DNA of 64,000 nucleotides from Candidatus Bathyarchaeota archaeon (GTDB lineage: Archaea; Thermoproteota; Bathyarchaeia; Bathyarchaeales; Bathycorpusculaceae). Below the pieces are notes generated by a model. It was not told where the DNA came from, ran no database searches, and saw only the letters and a program-made list of their open reading frames with translations. How positions within the stretch are numbered: the first letter of the stretch is position 1; each line of letters opens with the position of its first letter. The stretch spans positions 288,001-352,000 of the forward strand of contig CAWHXY010000004.1 in assembly GCA_963833575.1 (NCBI GenBank), written 5' to 3'. Position numbers and translations under genes: made by a program. Positions 59,278 to 64,000 of the stretch are shown here, piece after piece.

Positions 59278-60783
59278 TTACCGCCGTCCTAACAGTTTAG
59301 AAACGTCTTCTGAAGTGATTATTCCCAGAACTTTTCGTTCAATATCGACTACTGGTAATGCTGAAATGTTGTGTTGCGCCATACGTTTTGAAGCGACTTC
59401 GAGGGGTTCATCAGGTTTTGCTGTGAAAACATTGTGTGTTTCAATGTCAATTAATGCTTTTTTGCCTTCAGCCATAGCGCGAGTTACATCCCAAGAAGTA
59501 ACTATTCCTTTCAACTTGCCAGTTTCATCAATTACAACTATGTGATTGACGGATTTAGTGACGATCTTGTGAGCTATCGCTTGTATTTCCTCATTTTCTG
59601 TACATGTGACTGCAGAATGCATAACGCTCATGACGAAGGGTATTTCTTCAGTCTGTCTCATAGGTCTAAAGACAGTGTCGTTTGGTAAACGCTCAACAGG
59701 CGAGCTTAAGAAGAATGTTCCTTGTTCGATCCAAGATTTTAGCGTCGCCGAAACTTTCTTAGCCATTTTTATGCTCGACAATGAGCTCACACGTACTTTC
59801 TTATCGTTAATTGTTATTGATCCAGATTTTAGCTCTTTATAACTCACTTGCCTAAGCTTCGGCCTATCCCTACGCGGGACACTATAATCAACCACATCAG
59901 TCATGATTTCGCTGTCACGAATCGCTGTCTTCTTCGCCAAACCCTCATTTAAAATTGGAATCGGAATTCCTAAACCTACATACATTGAAGTACCATACCG
60001 TGTAAAAGCTGCACCCTGCAAAAACTCTGGAGACATTTTTTTAGCGTCCCCTTTTACCATTAGAGTGCCGTTTAGGTTTTTGGGGCTATGCTGGGTGCCT
60101 TCACCAATAACGTATCCTTGTCCTCCTCCAAGGAAGATGCGGGTGCCCATGCCGATGGTTTCGTAATCGGGATCATTCATAAGCGGGTTCAATTCGCCAG
60201 CACCAGAAAAAGTGGCGTTTCGTAATCTGGGCAAAAGTTTGCTCATGTAAGTGTAAATTGTTTCATCGCTGGTATTTACTGCACAGTTATAGCGTTGGTA
60301 ACAGTTGCGAAAATTTAGGAGATAAAATTGGTTTAGATCGTCTTTGGTTATGTTTGTTTTTAGTTGAGTTCTTGGGTAACAGTCTGTTCCGTAGCCTATT
60401 GCTCGGAGTTCAACTTCTTCTCCAGCTACCAATTCTTGGATAACGTGTCCGCCGCCATATTCGAATGGTTGTTTTTCTGACATGTTTGTTGCTCCAACAA
60501 AAAGGTCGACTGCTGCGCCAGGATGGCAAACTTCTACGTCGTTCATCCAGGCTTTGTCAATTTTTATTGGTGGGTCAGAGTGCCCAAGGTTGATAACTGC
60601 ACCAGAGGAACACATGGCACCAAAAGTGCCCGTTGTTACAACATCGACTTCTTTAAAAGCAACTTCAACGCCGCTGCTTTCGACTAGCTTTTTCATTTCT
60701 TCAGCAGTTAAAACTTGAGCGTCGCCGTTCTTAATTTTTTGGTTAATTTCTTCTACTGTCCGAGTATTGGCATGTTTAGACAA
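59278..60783 (-). CDS. L-aspartate semialdehyde sulfurtransferase (DUF39 + CBS; MA1821/MJ0100-like homocysteine biosynthesis)
   Basis: RTVEEINQKI, VDVVTTGTFGAMCSSG, YGGGHVI, NDP, C-terminal CBS pair; TTG start at 60783. Confidence 0.92.
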   Translation of the reverse strand: MSKHANTRTVEEINQKIKNGDAQVLTAEEMKKLVESSGVEVAFKEVDVVTTGTFGAMCSSGAVINLGHSDPPIKIDKAWMNDVEVCHPGAAVDLFVGATNMSEKQPFEYGGGHVIQELVAGEEVELRAIGYGTDCYPRTQLKTNITKDDLNQFYLLNFRNCYQRYNCAVNTSDETIYTYMSKLLPRLRNATFSGAGELNPLMNDPDYETIGMGTRIFLGGGQGYVIGEGTQHSPKNLNGTLMVKGDAKKMSPEFLQGAAFTRYGTSMYVGLGIPIPILNEGLAKKTAIRDSEIMTDVVDYSVPRRDRPKLRQVSYKELKSGSITINDKKVRVSSLSSIKMAKKVSATLKSWIEQGTFFLSSPVERLPNDTVFRPMRQTEEIPFVMSVMHSAVTCTENEEIQAIAHKIVTKSVNHIVVIDETGKLKGIVTSWDVTRAMAEGKKALIDIETHNVFTAKPDEPLEVASKRMAQHNISALPVVDIERKVLGIITSEDVSKLLGRR

Positions 60784-61063
60784 GGAGCTTACCTTAATGT
60801 CAATCGAAAAGGTGCCGCACGTTAATATTTTTTGCGCAAAAACCATGAATATGCTTAATGTGATTACATTTTGAAACAAAATACCGTTGAAGGGCTCATA
60901 GTCTGGGTTCAGAATAAGAGGAATTTTTACGAGACAAGAATAGTCATAAATGGAGGCGAAAATTTTCTAAAGATTGGGCAGAGGGCAACCTGTAATTTTA
61001 AGTAATAGTTCTATTAAAAAGCTGACAAAAAAAGAAGGAAATGGTTTTTTTAGGTTGTATTTT

Positions 61064-63700
61064 TTATGGTCGTTTTCTGAGAACGAGGATGGTTGCTACA
61101 AAACCTATTGCTATTGCAATTATTATTGCGACTGCTGCTATGGTGATGTACATTCCTGTTGGCTGTTCAGCTACTACTGGTGCTGGTGATGCTGTTGCTG
61201 CTGGGGGACTCTCGTAGAATGATGTTTCAGCTGATGATGGCCAATACGCGTTTGTTCCTGCAAAGGTCGCTGTTGCTGTGAAGCTTCCGGAGATTGTCGG
61301 TTTATATGTTAATGTGTACATGCCTTTTGCGTCGGTTGTTGCAGTGCCGATTGGGTATGTGTTGCCGTTAGAGTCAGTCACGCTTATTGTAATTGGTACA
61401 CCTGTGAAGTTGGTTGGCTGTGCTTGTTGCTGGTATATGTAAGCCATCCATTGGGTCATGCTTGAGTCAGATGCTACTGGAACGCCATTTGGAAAGTCAG
61501 CTGCTTGCTCTGTTTGTTTTGTGCCAGCAGAAATGTCTGTAACTGATCCGCTAATAATAATTGAATCGCCGAATGCTTCAGCGTTAGCAGTTGTGGCGCT
61601 TGGTCCTCTGCCTACACCGTAGATTTGGTTATCGTATCCATTATCGAAAACGGTCATTCCGTCTGCCAATGCAAATGCTGTTGAGGAACCTGTGGCTGCT
61701 GAAATCGTCCAGATTTCTTGTCCTGATGTGGCGTTAATTGCGCGTATTAAGGCACCTTTATAGATTGGTGTTTCGAAAGTGTGCTCACTTGTTACGGTGT
61801 ATACTATTCCGTTGGCAATTGCGCTTATGACTGTCGGGTAATTGCGAGCAAATTCAAGACCACTGCTAGTGGTGTTGCCTGCGCCGCCGTTACCGTATGT
61901 CCATAGTAGATTTCCATTTGTCAAATCAAAACAGTATACGAGTCCGCTGTAACCGCCTGCGTATAGTTTGCCGTAAGCCAATGTTGGTCCTTGACCGCCG
62001 TATCCCATTGAGAAGAAGTCAAGTGCTGCTTCTGGTGTTGTTGGTCCCCAAATTTGTTTGCCAGTGTTCATGCTGTACCCTATGTATTGCATAGTTTCCG
62101 CGTAGTATTCAGTGAAAACTCCGACTGATGGATCAGCTCCGTCGTATGATACGGTTAGGTTGCCTGCTGGAGCATTCAGATTATTTGTCCATTCTACAGT
62201 GCCGATTGTGCCGCTAGTTGCGTTAAGGTTTATGCCGAAGTAGGTGTAGGGAGTCCATGATTGTGAACCGAAGATGTTGTTTCCAGCATTTGGCATCGCG
62301 CCAGCTTCGCCGATCAGCATGCCGTTATAGAAGGCGCTTTCTATTGAAGGTGTTGCAGAAAGTGTGTTAAGCGATGGAATTGAAATGTTCCAATCGTACA
62401 AGCTTGGATCATTTCCGCTTAGTATTACTGGGACTACTGGAGGTGTTGTTGATGGACCTGAGTAATTGTTGCCCCAAAGTCTGGATGAGTTCCATTCTTG
62501 CAGATAGTAGTTTGGTTTCGTTGGTGTGCCATAGTTTACTAAGCTTACGATTAAGCGTTCGCCTTCTGGACCCATGAGTGCGGTGCCTGTGGGAACGTTT
62601 GTTATGTTGAATATTGAAGTTCCTGAGTCTGCGTCATAAGCTTGCCATTTTAGCGGTACTGGTGGACCTAGGAAGGATCCTCCAATTGCTGCAATTAAGA
62701 TTGGTGGGTAGACTCCGTGTTCGTTTGGATCTTGGACGTCATAAATATATCCGAATGATAGGGCAGGTATCGTTGTGCTTCTCCATTTTTCTTGGCCTGT
62801 TTGCAAGTCAACGCAGACTGTTGCGCCCGAGCTGGACCCGGCAAAAGATAGCGGTTCAGTGTAGTAGAGCATTCCGTCCATTATTATCGGGTTAGTGAAT
62901 CTAGTTGCGTATGCAGTTCCTTCGAAGTATGTGTCGCCTGCAGTTTGGAAGTCGTTGCCTCCTGTTACTCCTCCGCTTTGAAGGACTTTTGTCCACATTA
63001 TGTGGCTGGTTTGAGATCCTACTGCGTAAGGTTGGAAGGTTGCGCCTAGCATTCCACTGGAGTAGCCTGGTGCGCTTGTTCCTAGCCAGTTTGACGAAAT
63101 TGTCCACCAGTTAGGGTTCAAGCCGTATATTGGGCGTGTCCAGTAAGCCGATGGTAGGGGACTTGTTGGGATTGCTGTTACTTGTGCTTGTTGAACAGTG
63201 AAGGTTGCTGAGGCAGAGCTGGGTAGGAAGGTGTCGTTTGTGTATGCACTCGGAGCAAGACCGAAGAAGCCTGGTGCCATTGTCCATGTGTATAATTGTC
63301 CTGGAAAAGTGAAGTTAGCGGTGTATGTGCCGGTTTGGGTTGGGGTGAAGTAGTAGTTCTGGTTTGATGTTGGGTCTGTGATTACTGGGAAGGTCTGGGT
63401 TGTTGTTGTGCCGTCAGGTGCTTTAATGGTGAGTTCGTAGTTGTGCCAGCGAATGTCATTGCCGAATTCTGCGCCTGGAGCTACCGCGCTAAGCCACATG
63501 CCAATAGTTATCCTTTGGCCAACACCGATTGGATCTGGAGCCGCATTAACGTATGCGTAGGTGGGAATATTCCATGGAGTTCCGCCTTGCCCTGGACCGT
63601 GTGCACTAACATTTGATATTAAAGTCATAGAAGCTGTCATGGAAACTATCAAAAATATTGCGATTGCAATAGTTACCACTTTATTTTTAGAGATGTTCAT
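61064..63700 (-). CDS. secreted PQQ-like beta-propeller repeat protein (paralogue 2)
   Basis: Shares W.IPTYAY, YWTRPIYG.N, YLQEWNSS, WTYGNGGAGN, AGTKQTEQAADFPNGVP and FAGTN.YWPS with 8736-11762. Confidence 0.88.
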   Translation of the reverse strand: MNISKNKVVTIAIAIFLIVSMTASMTLISNVSAHGPGQGGTPWNIPTYAYVNAAPDPIGVGQRITIGMWLSAVAPGAEFGNDIRWHNYELTIKAPDGTTTTQTFPVITDPTSNQNYYFTPTQTGTYTANFTFPGQLYTWTMAPGFFGLAPSAYTNDTFLPSSASATFTVQQAQVTAIPTSPLPSAYWTRPIYGLNPNWWTISSNWLGTSAPGYSSGMLGATFQPYAVGSQTSHIMWTKVLQSGGVTGGNDFQTAGDTYFEGTAYATRFTNPIIMDGMLYYTEPLSFAGSSSGATVCVDLQTGQEKWRSTTIPALSFGYIYDVQDPNEHGVYPPILIAAIGGSFLGPPVPLKWQAYDADSGTSIFNITNVPTGTALMGPEGERLIVSLVNYGTPTKPNYYLQEWNSSRLWGNNYSGPSTTPPVVPVILSGNDPSLYDWNISIPSLNTLSATPSIESAFYNGMLIGEAGAMPNAGNNIFGSQSWTPYTYFGINLNATSGTIGTVEWTNNLNAPAGNLTVSYDGADPSVGVFTEYYAETMQYIGYSMNTGKQIWGPTTPEAALDFFSMGYGGQGPTLAYGKLYAGGYSGLVYCFDLTNGNLLWTYGNGGAGNTTSSGLEFARNYPTVISAIANGIVYTVTSEHTFETPIYKGALIRAINATSGQEIWTISAATGSSTAFALADGMTVFDNGYDNQIYGVGRGPSATTANAEAFGDSIIISGSVTDISAGTKQTEQAADFPNGVPVASDSSMTQWMAYIYQQQAQPTNFTGVPITISVTDSNGNTYPIGTATTDAKGMYTLTYKPTISGSFTATATFAGTNAYWPSSAETSFYESPPAATASPAPVVAEQPTGMYITIAAVAIIIAIAIGFVATILVLRKRP

Positions 63701-63727
63701 TTTCCTTTATTTTCTCCTATATTTTTT

Positions 63728-63800
63728 AGACAAGAAGTAGCGAGATACTTCTTATCCGGCTTCCTCTTTTGTTACCTTTTTACTTAAATAACTTGCCTAA
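63728..63800 (-). promoter_or_regulatory. BRE/TATA promoter plus 5'-UTR hairpin of beta-propeller paralogue 2
   Basis: TTAGGCAAGTTATTTA, then stem GGATAAGAAGTA/TACTTCTTGTCT. Confidence 0.6.
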
Positions 63801-64000
63801 TTTGTCTTCAACTTCTGCCCAATTGACTGTAAAACGGTCCTTTTTTTGAAATTTTTCATTCCAAGAAATTTAAAGTGAATACTAACACATCTGAGCGGGA
63901 GAGGCAGGTTAATTCGCCATTAACCAATATCCAAGGGGCAATCTTAAGCCTCATTTAGTTTACGCTACTATGGCTTACAATATGCGTTCCCATTGGAAAG

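Noticed and set aside
60784-60879. N-terminal extension of the DUF39 ORF
   Set aside because: Family homology begins at RTVEEIN; the TTG at 60783 is the more plausible start.

Overview
Archaeal chromosomal segment, most consistent with Bathyarchaeia. The basis is eukaryote-like topoisomerase IB, aRF1, Ftr, two Alba paralogues, the DUF39-CBS/NIL-ferredoxin/UPF0280 homocysteine cluster and two ~900-1000 aa secreted beta-propeller paralogues. Housekeeping blocks alternate with two accessory zones. Zone 1 (about 7.1-17.2 kb) lies downstream of tRNA-Ala(TGC). It has a decayed tyrosine-integrase C-terminus and four att-like scars, each a conserved AAAAGGGATTTTGCGAGTGA-type arm followed by a tRNA 3'-end fragment. 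Zone 2 (about 38-48.5 kb) has six copies of a palindromic site with a 7-bp AAATTTT core. These sites delimit four single-gene, co-oriented cassettes next to a metallopeptidase-TopIB locus, with no recombinase in cis, and are my best candidate for an undescribed integron-like cassette system. Also notable: a conserved, covarying 5'-UTR hairpin ahead of both beta-propeller paralogues, a LeuA/CimA gene with no canonical in-frame start, and a frameshifted PD-(D/E)xK protein beside an MNT-HEPN pair. All product calls come from motif recognition by eye; no database search was run.
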